From: a virus
Reading direction: 5' to 3' (one strand)
Length of the DNA: 15,617 bases
Virus genome (UHGV): UHGV-2204636
A model generated the notes under the pieces. That model was not told the origin of the DNA and ran no database searches. It worked only from the letters and a program-made list of their open reading frames with translations. Shown here in pieces: positions 7,451 to 15,617 of this stretch. Numbering within the stretch: the first letter of the stretch is position 1; every line of letters begins with the position of its first letter. Position numbers and translations under genes: made by a program.

Positions 7451-8514
7451 AGCAGCTCTACCTCAACGTTTCCTAATTTGAGCCATTCGACTTTCGTGGC
7501 ATCGATTATCGGTTGAATATTTGCCGATGGTGTAACGATGTCATAGTCGGTAATACCCGGAATTAGAGAAATCAATGTCCCCGCCTGGCTGCGAATAAAA
7601 GCCACTCCAGGCTCTCGGCGCGAGTCATCGTCCTCCAGCGTTCCGGCGACAGCCTGTTTGGCTGCTGCGAGGGTGATGCCCTCCAGTGATACCTTCACGA
7701 GGACGTCAAATGTACGGATGACAGGTATGAGCACCAGCGTGTTTTTTGCTGTAACAGGCCGGACATCGTCAATGTGAGCCTGCACCCTGTCGATCACATC
7801 CTGAGATGGCAGCCCACCTGCAGACGTGATCACAACATCAACGGTACCCGGCCCCCGCCGCAAAGGGTAAACATATGCGGCGGATACGCCTGATACCTCA
7901 AGCGCCCAGCGTTTGTAATCATATTTATTGCCGCCTGCAGGAGGTCGGCGGATGATTTCAAGCAGACGAGCAAGCAGCTCTGCATCCGTTTCCTCATCTG
8001 TTCCGCCAGTCATCAGGCCTACTGTCACTGTGCTGTCAAACCCATCAGGTGTTGTGGTCAGTGTGGCCGATGTGACGGAAGTGGTGTTACCAGTGGTTCC
8101 GGCCAGAGAAGACACTGCGTTTACCGATGATTTTCCATCTGACCCGACAATAATATCTTCGGTTGTTGTCCACGAAACACTGTCGCGTTTGAACACAAGA
8201 CCGGCAGCGGCCACCGCTCCTGGTTCGCCGGTAAACGTGGCAGGCCCGGAGGCGCTGTTGGCTGCTTTTTTGCTTAAACCACGTAAACGGGCGTGCAGAT
8301 AGAGGAATTCCGAATCAGCAGTATCCGGAAAGATCTGACGGACTATCCATCCCTGATGCTGATAAAGCCCCTCGGCAACACTGGCTACACTCGATGCCCG
8401 GATGTACCAGTCGCTGTCCGGGCCCAGCGTATCATCTGACAACTGCAGGAGATTTTTGATATCCCGCAGAATGTCAGTGCGTATTTGCGCGGCATTTTTG
8501 GTAATGAATGGCAT
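7447..8514 (-). CDS. Baseplate J-like protein (Mu gp47 / P2 gpJ family)
   Basis: 355-aa ORF; position and size fit baseplate J; 4-nt overlap with the downstream gene. Confidence 0.8.
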   Translation of the reverse strand: MPFITKNAAQIRTDILRDIKNLLQLSDDTLGPDSDWYIRASSVASVAEGLYQHQGWIVRQIFPDTADSEFLYLHARLRGLSKKAANSASGPATFTGEPGAVAAAGLVFKRDSVSWTTTEDIIVGSDGKSSVNAVSSLAGTTGNTTSVTSATLTTTPDGFDSTVTVGLMTGGTDEETDAELLARLLEIIRRPPAGGNKYDYKRWALEVSGVSAAYVYPLRRGPGTVDVVITSAGGLPSQDVIDRVQAHIDDVRPVTAKNTLVLIPVIRTFDVLVKVSLEGITLAAAKQAVAGTLEDDDSRREPGVAFIRSQAGTLISLIPGITDYDIVTPSANIQPIIDATKVEWLKLGNVEVELL

Positions 8515-8864
8515 CAGCTGACCTTAACCGGATATTTCCAGGTCTGCGGCGTTCCGCTCGCAGACGTGACGGTGATATGAAGCAGCATCCAGCCTTTTTG
8601 CCAGTGCTCTGCAGTAACGGAAATGGACTGGGCGCGACCGTCGTCAATAATCGGTTGCAGGGCCTGCCGCGAATACTGCACCGCGAGTTGTTGAACGCGA
8701 GACACATCCTTTTCGCGGCGGAGTGTATGCAAAAGAGAGCCCAGAGTTGGATCAGCCCACCATGAGCCAAGGGGCGTCATCAGCCGTAAGTAGACGGCAT
8801 TCGCTAAAGAGTCTGAGCTGTCGCCGGTATAATCGCCGGTCGTTGGATCAATCAACATTTCCAT
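8514..8864 (-). CDS. Baseplate protein, Mu gp46 / GP46-family (gpW/gp25-like)
   Basis: 116-aa ORF directly upstream of and overlapping the baseplate J-like gene; start region lies in a hairpin, so the exact start (8864 or 8858) is uncertain. Confidence 0.7.
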   Translation of the reverse strand: MEMLIDPTTGDYTGDSSDSLANAVYLRLMTPLGSWWADPTLGSLLHTLRREKDVSRVQQLAVQYSRQALQPIIDDGRAQSISVTAEHWQKGWMLLHITVTSASGTPQTWKYPVKVS

Positions 8865-8953
8865 GCCGTAATACTACCGGCATGGAAATTTAAATTATCG
8901 GTGAAGGGGTTCAGTGGGTATTGCTTTTGAAGGAGAACTTACGTTACCACAAA

Positions 8954-9559
8954 TTACATTTGCTGATTAGGTTTCTGCGTTGTGCCTGCATCACCGCCGT
9001 GGTCGTGGTCGTGACCGTCATAAGTCTCACGCATGGTGTTCAGCGTAGACTTGCCGTCAGCGACTTCATTACTGCCTTTCAGCAATGGTGTATCAAAATC
9101 TGCCCGCTCTGAGGCTGTGGTTTTATACGTTTTGGTATTAACAATATGTTGTTCGGTATTCACCGTGTGCTTTTTAGTATTAACGATATATTCATCGCAG
9201 TTTACTTCAATTATTTTTCCGCGCTTCAGAATAATGTTGCTTCCTTCATCCGAATAAATGGCAAGCTCACCACTTTTCAGGCTCTTTAGCCTGTATGCAG
9301 CGTGTTCCGTGGCAATCACCACGCTATGACTGGTGCGCCCGTTAAGCGGGAGCACAATGGCTTTAGTCCCCCTGGGCGGGTTGGATGTAAAACCGTACTG
9401 CTGAAACATCTCCACATCCTGCAAAGACTCAGTGGCCAGACCTTTACCCTGAATGGTCTGAATATCACCACCGCTGTTAACCCTTATTAAAACGCCCCTG
9501 AAGGCCTTTCTTATACGGTTTAACGCCGTGTTAATACGAGAGTCAATTTTGTTCCACAT
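8954..9559 (-). CDS. Baseplate assembly protein V / spike (Mu gp45-like)
   Basis: 201-aa ORF following the hub gene; His/Asp-rich C-terminal tip (DGHDHDHGGD) typical of spike proteins. Confidence 0.75.
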   Translation of the reverse strand: MWNKIDSRINTALNRIRKAFRGVLIRVNSGGDIQTIQGKGLATESLQDVEMFQQYGFTSNPPRGTKAIVLPLNGRTSHSVVIATEHAAYRLKSLKSGELAIYSDEGSNIILKRGKIIEVNCDEYIVNTKKHTVNTEQHIVNTKTYKTTASERADFDTPLLKGSNEVADGKSTLNTMRETYDGHDHDHGGDAGTTQKPNQQM

Positions 9560-10760
9560 CGATAATCTCCAGCTCTTTATTTACTTTGGCGCGACGCTTA
9601 CGTGATTTGCGTTTTTTCGGATAAGCATCCGGTATCCATATTCCATCCTCTTTGAGCCGCAGGGTGGTAATGGTGTTGTCTGGACGACCACCTGAAAACT
9701 CTCTTCCCATGAGGAAGTAAATGTCATCAATGCCATGTGGCTCGCTTCGGACACGAATACGCTGGCCCGGTTGCCATAACTGACCGTTCTCCATGCGATG
9801 GCCTTTAACAATTACTGTCAGATCAAACCCGTTCAGACGGGCGTCAGCCATGGCCTTTCTCGCGCGATAATCAACCTGCGCCTGATTATCAGCATCACCA
9901 GCAACCATAATCTGCGGACGATAGAAAGGTACGGTACTGTCGCGAACGGTACTACGTAAGCCATGAAAGCCATTCTCTGCAGAGCCGGTGCTGTCATAAA
10001 TTGCGTCGGCATCATCATCGTCTTCAGCCTCAGCGCTCTGATCATCAACGTCAATAACTTCCAGTCTTCCTGACTTTTTCCCCTGGCCGTGTCCCTGTGC
10101 CAGCATTGTCAGTTCAGAGAACGCACCGGTAATGGATGACCGGTCACTGAGATCGAGGACATTATTTCCCCGACCGTCACGATTCAGAACAAGCGTGGCT
10201 ACAGGGTCTTTTGTGTAATCCGGCCCTCCAATTACCAGCGTGCCATCTGGCTCAAACCATGGCCATAACCCGCGTGCAGCAGCTGCACGCTCAAGGGTAT
10301 CCCACGCACGTTCTCCGGGCTCCACGCTGACCTTGTCATTACGCAGGGATGACTCAGCCTCGATGCGGATGTTCGTTATCCCCAGCGGTCTGACAACCTG
10401 GGCGATCACCTCTTCAAGACTGAGCTGGCGGGAGGTAAAAACGGGTGAAGCGCAGTCAACAAGCACGGCTGCACCATCGCGACCGGAAAGAGATAAAGAA
10501 ACCTGCTGACGGGATACCCGGCGCTGAACCACATCCACCCGACCGGACATGACAACATCATTACCCACCCTGACCAGCACCGGCACACCACGTTTAATGG
10601 CCGGAGGGAAAATACCATCAGGCAGCCCAAGCGTTACGCTCCATGCATCGGAGGGGATCAGAAAATCGGAGTCAATCTGATAGCGGCTCCATGCACTATG
10701 GATTTTGCCATCAATAACCAGGCTCACTGTATTCTGCGAATCTTTATCTTGAGTAGGCAT
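9543..10760 (-). CDS. Baseplate hub / tail protein (Mu gp44, phage late control D family)
   Basis: 405-aa ORF overlapping its neighbours by 17 nt on both sides; conserved position between the DNA-circularisation protein and gpV-like genes. Confidence 0.8.
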   Translation of the reverse strand: MPTQDKDSQNTVSLVIDGKIHSAWSRYQIDSDFLIPSDAWSVTLGLPDGIFPPAIKRGVPVLVRVGNDVVMSGRVDVVQRRVSRQQVSLSLSGRDGAAVLVDCASPVFTSRQLSLEEVIAQVVRPLGITNIRIEAESSLRNDKVSVEPGERAWDTLERAAAARGLWPWFEPDGTLVIGGPDYTKDPVATLVLNRDGRGNNVLDLSDRSSITGAFSELTMLAQGHGQGKKSGRLEVIDVDDQSAEAEDDDDADAIYDSTGSAENGFHGLRSTVRDSTVPFYRPQIMVAGDADNQAQVDYRARKAMADARLNGFDLTVIVKGHRMENGQLWQPGQRIRVRSEPHGIDDIYFLMGREFSGGRPDNTITTLRLKEDGIWIPDAYPKKRKSRKRRAKVNKELEIIDVEQN

Positions 10761-12075
10761 TCAGAACGTCACCGGCTTTGATATTGTTAGGATTACGTAG
10801 TGTCGGATTGAGACGCAGCAACTCGGCGGCGCGCGTGTAGTCCTCATACCACAGGTGGGCCAGCAAATGCAGGTTTGTGTCGGACAATACCACTCGCGTA
10901 GTCAGTGGTGGTCTGCTGGTAATAACCGCTGAGCCCAGCTCCTGAACGGTCAGGGCGATATCCTTGAGACCTTCAACCACGGGTTGCCAGGTCACGCCAC
11001 CCGGTGTTTCACCGGCGCTCACGTTTTGCGTATCGGCAGCAAAGGTGTCCCGCGTCTGGTCGATTGCCGTCTGAATGGCCGTCCTGGTGTCGTTGGTGAT
11101 CTGCTCAATATCGACTGGAGACAGAATATCGCTGATGCTGCTGTCACTGAGTATGTCGGAAGCATCAAGCGCCAGCTGGATTGCAACCTGGATTTTTACC
11201 GCCGTTACCAGCTCAGTAATATCCGAGGTTGATGAGCCTGCCGGAACAGCAACAGCAACAGTCTTTTGCCCTGTCACTATCTGCTGAGGTAATGCGGCCA
11301 CATCCTGCAGATTGTTACGGCCATTCTTCCAGTCGGCCATCACGATGCCCGCTGTACCGGAAACGTCTGAGGACTGTGAATAGCTTCCTGGGTTATTACT
11401 GACACTTGATTTGGACTGAAGCGACGTCAGACTCAGCGCACTCTGCAGGTCATTCATGAACGATTTTGGGTAATTAACAAAATCCGAGGTGGTACTGACA
11501 AATCCCGTCAGTTCCCCCTTAAGCACGGTCACCATATTCAGCGTCGTGGTTGCCAGCGATTTCGCTTTTTTCATCCACTTTTTCGCTGTACGCAGAGGCG
11601 AGAGAATATTGTCGATGGCCGTCTGGGCTTTCTCCAGAGCGGATTGCGCCTGGTTGAAAACGATATCAGCTTTCGACAGCGGGAAATCGCTGCCAAAGAA
11701 AGGCAGATTAAGTCCCCCCTGGATAAAGACCACTTCGACAACGCAGTAATCAACGTTCTCCGCTTCATGCGATGCCTGATACTCAATGCACTGCATGCCC
11801 GTCATGGAGCCGAAAACGGGATGAATTAATTCTGCGCTACCGCGAGTATCCAGTGCGGCCAGAAACGCCTGCAGCCGCACATCATAATCATCACCCCAGA
11901 AAAGGACTGTCATCCGCAGGTTACGAGGCTTGCGGCCAAGATCATCAACATCACCACCGTCGACATAGGGATACTCATACGTCGCAATGTCGCGACTGGC
12001 GCTGTCACGGGTATTAACCACATCAAAGCGGACGCCCCTGAATGAGGCATCCTGTAATGAATCTTCCCAGCTCAC
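10744..12075 (-). CDS. DNA circularisation protein (Mu gp43 / N-like)
   Basis: 443-aa ORF immediately downstream of the tape measure gene (4-nt overlap), the canonical position in Mu-like tails. Confidence 0.75.
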   Translation of the reverse strand: MSWEDSLQDASFRGVRFDVVNTRDSASRDIATYEYPYVDGGDVDDLGRKPRNLRMTVLFWGDDYDVRLQAFLAALDTRGSAELIHPVFGSMTGMQCIEYQASHEAENVDYCVVEVVFIQGGLNLPFFGSDFPLSKADIVFNQAQSALEKAQTAIDNILSPLRTAKKWMKKAKSLATTTLNMVTVLKGELTGFVSTTSDFVNYPKSFMNDLQSALSLTSLQSKSSVSNNPGSYSQSSDVSGTAGIVMADWKNGRNNLQDVAALPQQIVTGQKTVAVAVPAGSSTSDITELVTAVKIQVAIQLALDASDILSDSSISDILSPVDIEQITNDTRTAIQTAIDQTRDTFAADTQNVSAGETPGGVTWQPVVEGLKDIALTVQELGSAVITSRPPLTTRVVLSDTNLHLLAHLWYEDYTRAAELLRLNPTLRNPNNIKAGDVLNAYSR

Positions 12076-14213
12076 TGCGGGCCTCCTGTTGAGCCGCGAA
12101 CGGATTGTTCGCCGTTGTATTCATTAACAGCTGATGCAATTTCACGTCCGTCTAATACCAGCTTTGTGGTGAGGTTAATGGGCTGTGATTTTTGTTGCTG
12201 TTGGGGCAAAAGATAAGACGGCACGCCTGTTGTTGCTGGTGTGTTTTGCCCCATCGTGGCCGGAGAACTCCACCATGATTTGACCTCATCCACGACATCC
12301 AGCAATCCGGGGCGGGCTTTTACTGCATCCAGCATGCGTGCTGACTCACTGGAATAGTTGTCAACCTTAAGCCGCGCACGTGCATCAGCATCACCTCGCT
12401 CAACATGAACAAGTGGCGCATCCTGCATACCCTGATAGAGGGCCAGTGGGGCTAATACCTTGCCAGCTCCGCCACGAATAACGGACCAGGCACGCCCAAG
12501 AGCAGATCCCCCTGCAGTCGGCACTCCACCGCCAGGAGAACCAGGCATTTTTATTCCGCCGCCAGTAAGGAAGTTGAGCCCGGCAAAAGCTACAGCCGCC
12601 GCTGTCATGGCTTTAATGCCCGTGGTGGCACCTGAAATAGCAGTTGTTAATTCAGGATATTCTTTAGCGTAATCAGAAAGTTTTGACGTCAAATCACCAT
12701 ATAAATCGGCGACAGGTTTCATTGCATCCTGCTCAGAGAACATTTTCTCTGATTCAAATTGTTGTGATTTAAAATCATTAGTTGATGAGATCACATCATA
12801 TGAAGCAGCACCAGCGCCAACGGAATCACGCGTTCCTGAAATCTGCTCCTTAATGAAGTCTTTTTTCATTATGCTTGTTTTTAGTGCGGTACTGGCCTGC
12901 TGGTCAGCAACTATTTTCGATGTAATTGAGGAAACTATAATATCCAGTGAGGCAAGGATATCTTTCTCCTTGTCCGTCCCTTTAAATTTCGTAGCCTGAG
13001 CCCGTAATTTCTTCACTCGTGGGTCGGCTGAAACAATACCTGATACTGCATTGGTGAATGCATCAGAAGTATTTACGCCTGAAAGTCGCTGGTCAGCCAT
13101 ATAATCAGCATAGGCAAGCATCCTTCCGTCTTTAGTCCTGAATCTTTTATTTTTTAACGCATTCTGAGTGTCAGCACTGGTGTATTTATCAAGCAGGTTA
13201 TTAACGTTTGTTGATGCAGCGCTATTATCACCTGCTGTTTCAGCGTTAGCCTGTAGCATTGCGAGAATTACATCCAAATCTTTTAACCCTGACATACCTA
13301 CAGCGTTAGCTTTTGTCATGGTTAAAGGTAATGAACCAGCCATATCAGCAAGTTCATATTTACCATTCTCACCAGACCTGATGGTTTTATCAAATACCGC
13401 TGGCAAATCCTCAGCCTTTATATCAAAGTTCTTAATTGCACCAATAGCAATACGAGCAAGGTCATTAGGGTTTGCACCTGAGGCCGTAGCATAACGAGTA
13501 ATATCCGGCAGGATTTTTAATGCCGTTTTATCATCAAGACCACCTGCGAAAAGCGAATTAATAGTTTCCTGTGCAGCCTCCGGTGTTCCACCGCCATAAC
13601 GAACAGCCCCACGGATTGCATTATTGATCTCAGGTATTTTCTTAATACGGTCTGGCGCTGAGAGGTTGTTATAAGCGGTATTTGCAATCTCAGCATTACG
13701 CCGTTCGTAAGCCATCTGACGCTGAACCGGGTCTTTTATAATCATACCCGCAGCAGTTAACCCACCGGCTACTGCTGCCACGGTTGAACCTGCAGCACGG
13801 AATCGCTGCATGCGCGTCATTGAGTCATTGACGCCGCCAAGCTCAGTTCGCAGCGCTTTGACCCTGTCAGTCATGGCCCTGAAAGCCCGGTTCTGCTCAT
13901 TTGCGGACAGCATACCTGTGCGGGTAAGGCGATTATAGGCCGCCATGGTCTGCTGTATTTCGCGCTGTATTTCGCGCTCTGAGCGAATGCCAAGAGTTGC
14001 TCGCGCCGAACTGGCGCGACGGTATTCCTCAATCAGAGAACGGGAGGCACGAATCGCTGTGGTTGAGTTCTGCTGACGGGATTTCGCCAGCTCATCATCG
14101 GTTTTTTGCGCCGCTTTGGTATCCCGGCTGATGCCCTGGAGTGCCTGTTTAAGCACTTTGGAGCCGGTATCACGGGCAAGCAGCTGCAGCGCCAGTTGTA
14201 AGTTACGCGCCAT
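12072..14213 (-). CDS. Tail tape measure protein
   Basis: 713-aa ORF, Ala/Gly/Gln-rich and predicted helical, with a GGAG SD; preceded by the chaperone gene and its frameshift extension. Confidence 0.85.
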   Translation of the reverse strand: MARNLQLALQLLARDTGSKVLKQALQGISRDTKAAQKTDDELAKSRQQNSTTAIRASRSLIEEYRRASSARATLGIRSEREIQREIQQTMAAYNRLTRTGMLSANEQNRAFRAMTDRVKALRTELGGVNDSMTRMQRFRAAGSTVAAVAGGLTAAGMIIKDPVQRQMAYERRNAEIANTAYNNLSAPDRIKKIPEINNAIRGAVRYGGGTPEAAQETINSLFAGGLDDKTALKILPDITRYATASGANPNDLARIAIGAIKNFDIKAEDLPAVFDKTIRSGENGKYELADMAGSLPLTMTKANAVGMSGLKDLDVILAMLQANAETAGDNSAASTNVNNLLDKYTSADTQNALKNKRFRTKDGRMLAYADYMADQRLSGVNTSDAFTNAVSGIVSADPRVKKLRAQATKFKGTDKEKDILASLDIIVSSITSKIVADQQASTALKTSIMKKDFIKEQISGTRDSVGAGAASYDVISSTNDFKSQQFESEKMFSEQDAMKPVADLYGDLTSKLSDYAKEYPELTTAISGATTGIKAMTAAAVAFAGLNFLTGGGIKMPGSPGGGVPTAGGSALGRAWSVIRGGAGKVLAPLALYQGMQDAPLVHVERGDADARARLKVDNYSSESARMLDAVKARPGLLDVVDEVKSWWSSPATMGQNTPATTGVPSYLLPQQQQKSQPINLTTKLVLDGREIASAVNEYNGEQSVRGSTGGPQ

Positions 14214-14216
14214 GGA

Positions 14217-14740
14217 TTATCTCCGTTTGCCGACTTTCTTCCGGCGTTGCGATTTGACAGTGCGGGTTGTGCGGGTGGTAGTTTGCCCGGTTTTCTTTCC
14301 ATGTAACCGGGCAAGTGCTTCGGTGTAGCCGTCGAGTTCCGTTCGGGTCATGCTTCCGATTTGTTGTTCACTGATACCGTATCGCCCGAGGGCGAGGACG
14401 AGGGTTCGGTACCCGGTGAGCTTTTGTTCAAATCCATCCGCTTTTTTTTAATGGCTTCAATCTGAGCATCGATGAGATCGAAATCATCATCATTCAGCTC
14501 GTTAAGGAGCAGCTCCGCCGTAATTTCTTCCTTTGGCACATCTCCGAGGGCAGTAATCGCACACGCCATTACCGCAACACGGTAATACATGTTTGCGGCT
14601 GCGCCTTCGGTAGTGCCGCAGGCTTCATCGGTTGCCCGCAGCGCTTCAATGGTATCGCTCACCACAGGCAGCCTGACGGCAAAGTCAAAATGGACTTTAT
14701 CACCGTATTTAACGCCATATAAAAGCTGCTGCTTTTCCAT
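14217..14740 (-). CDS. Tail assembly chaperone, -1 frameshift-extended isoform (G-T / E+E' analogue)
   Basis: After the slippery site the -1 frame stays open for ~76 codons (ADGFEQKLTGYRTLVLALGRYGISEQQIGSMTRTELDGYTEALARLHGKK...KRR) and stops at 14217-14219, one codon before the tape measure ATG. Confidence 0.5.
14348..14740 (-). CDS. Tail assembly chaperone (lambda G / P2 E / Mu gp41 analogue), zero-frame product
   Basis: 130-aa acidic ORF between the tube and tape measure genes; contains an A AAA AAG slippery heptamer near its 3' end. Confidence 0.75.
   Translation of the reverse strand: MEKQQLLYGVKYGDKVHFDFAVRLPVVSDTIEALRATDEACGTTEGAAANMYYRVAVMACAITALGDVPKEEITAELLLNELNDDDFDLIDAQIEAIKKKRMDLNKSSPGTEPSSSPSGDTVSVNNKSEA
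14441..14447 (-). promoter_or_regulatory. Programmed -1 ribosomal frameshift slippery heptamer A AAA AAG
   Basis: Minus strand reads GCC ATT AAA AAA AAG CGG in the chaperone frame (dnaX-type heptamer). Confidence 0.5.
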
Positions 14741-15115
14741 TTATTCCTCCACCCGACGAAGCGCATTCATGGTGATATCGCGCTTCGCTTCGTTGTCGAC
14801 GGTATACTGAGCCCCGGCCTGAGTGCTGAAGCAGTCCAGGTAAGAAACACGTTTACCGCTGCTGTTCAGTGGATACTGGGTGATTTTCGCACCTTCAATA
14901 CCGCCCCAGTTCAGGTCGCCGGACTCAGGGATGACTACCGTAACGGTCAGCTGGATCTCTTCGATGCCACGGGAGAAGCCTTTGGCGCGGCCCGTTTTGT
15001 TCATCGTCTTCACAAGCTTTCGCCCGGTGGTCACATCTTCCTTGAGGTCGGTCACTTCAATTTCCTGGCCGTCGACTTCCATGACGATCGCGCCAACATA
15101 TTCTTCAAGAGCCAT
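14741..15115 (-). CDS. Tail tube protein (Mu gpM-like)
   Basis: 124-aa ORF between the sheath and chaperone genes; its stop abuts the chaperone start. Confidence 0.75.
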   Translation of the reverse strand: MALEEYVGAIVMEVDGQEIEVTDLKEDVTTGRKLVKTMNKTGRAKGFSRGIEEIQLTVTVVIPESGDLNWGGIEGAKITQYPLNSSGKRVSYLDCFSTQAGAQYTVDNEAKRDITMNALRRVEE

Positions 15116-15128
15116 TCTGGTTTACTCC

Positions 15129-15617
15129 TCAGAGCAGCAAATCAATTCGACCGGCAAAGACGTGCAGGCCATTCACAACATCCGCAGGAATGCGACCGTT
15201 CAACTGGTTAACATCCTGCAGATCGCGCTCAACAATAAGACCGTCTTTGTTGGCATCCACCTCCTCGACAATCTCCAGCTCCTCCAGCTTGTAAAGCACA
15301 TCAAGCAGTTCGCTGCGCACCTTCGGCGGCGTCCTTGAGCTGAGCTTATCGCGCGGGAATCGCAGAGCGATGCGTTCACGGCAGGCCTTGCGCACGTAGT
15401 CCAGCGTTCGGATGGTGGTGATATCCAGCAGCGCCACATCATCCACGCCCTGGGCGTTTTTGGTGTAGGTGCTGATAGCGCGAACGATCTGCACTTTGTC
15501 ACCGGGGCCAATCTCAAACGGCGTAAGACCATTACGCAGGGCGTTCTCCTGCTCGGTTCGCCCTGGCTGACTTTCCACTGCAGTCACATCCAGCGTGCTC
15601 ATCGCAAGGGTGTTCAG
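15129..15617 (-). CDS. Tail sheath protein, C-terminal part (gene continues beyond the window end)
   Basis: Reading frame open to the window edge (…LNTLAMSTLDVTA…); position upstream of the tube gene. Confidence 0.75.
   Translation of the reverse strand: MNTLAMSTLDVTAVESQPGRTEQENALRNGLTPFEIGPGDKVQIVRAISTYTKNAQGVDDVALLDITTIRTLDYVRKACRERIALRFPRDKLSSRTPPKVRSELLDVLYKLEELEIVEEVDANKDGLIVERDLQDVNQLNGRIPADVVNGLHVFAGRIDLLL

Noticed and set aside
6526-8302. ORFs 6526-6927 (+), 6970-7413 (-), 7112-7360 (+), 7928-8302 (+) and similar ORFs embedded in the tail genes
   Set aside because: Overlap long, operon-coupled tail genes in other frames or on the other strand; no start signals; judged to be chance ORFs in GC-rich coding DNA.
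14033-14314. 93-aa minus-strand ORF overlapping the tape measure start
   Set aside because: It is in the chaperone zero frame but lies after that gene's stop codon; the frame reached by the slippery site is different and accounts for this region.
1668-15617. Transposable Mu-like phage (transposition-based integration)
   Set aside because: The tail genes are Mu-type, but this end carries a tyrosine integrase next to dusA and no transposase or Mu end repeats in the window; it more likely resembles the SfV/e14-type mosaics that combine a Mu-like tail with site-specific integration. Cannot be excluded for the unseen part of the prophage.
1-15617. CRISPR arrays, tRNA/rRNA genes, IS elements
   Set aside because: No regularly spaced direct repeats, no cloverleaf-like conserved tRNA features near the integrase (the target is the dusA protein gene), and no transposase-like ORFs were seen.

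Overview
Enterobacterial (E. coli-like) chromosome segment. The left ~1.6 kb is core genome: pspG and dusA on the minus strand with their terminators and a sigma54-type pspG promoter. From ~1.6 kb onward the window is one end of a prophage that appears to be inserted at the 5' end of dusA. It carries a tyrosine integrase divergent from dusA, an SOS-box-controlled dinI-like gene, and an AT-rich orphan gene (zinc ribbon plus a DUF4145/HEPN-like C-terminus) that I flag as the best candidate for an undescribed defence or abortive-infection function. Next is a Pin/Gin-type serine invertase that is frameshifted, beside a ~1.8 kb invertible tail-fibre cassette bounded by inverted 26-bp crossover sites. 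The remainder is a Mu/SfV/e14-type contractile-tail module on the minus strand (fibre, baseplate, hub, DNA-circularisation protein, tape measure, chaperone with a textbook -1 slippery site, tube, and a sheath gene running off the window). No tRNA, rRNA, CRISPR array or transposase was seen. All family assignments come from reading the translations and from recalled homologies; no database search was run.
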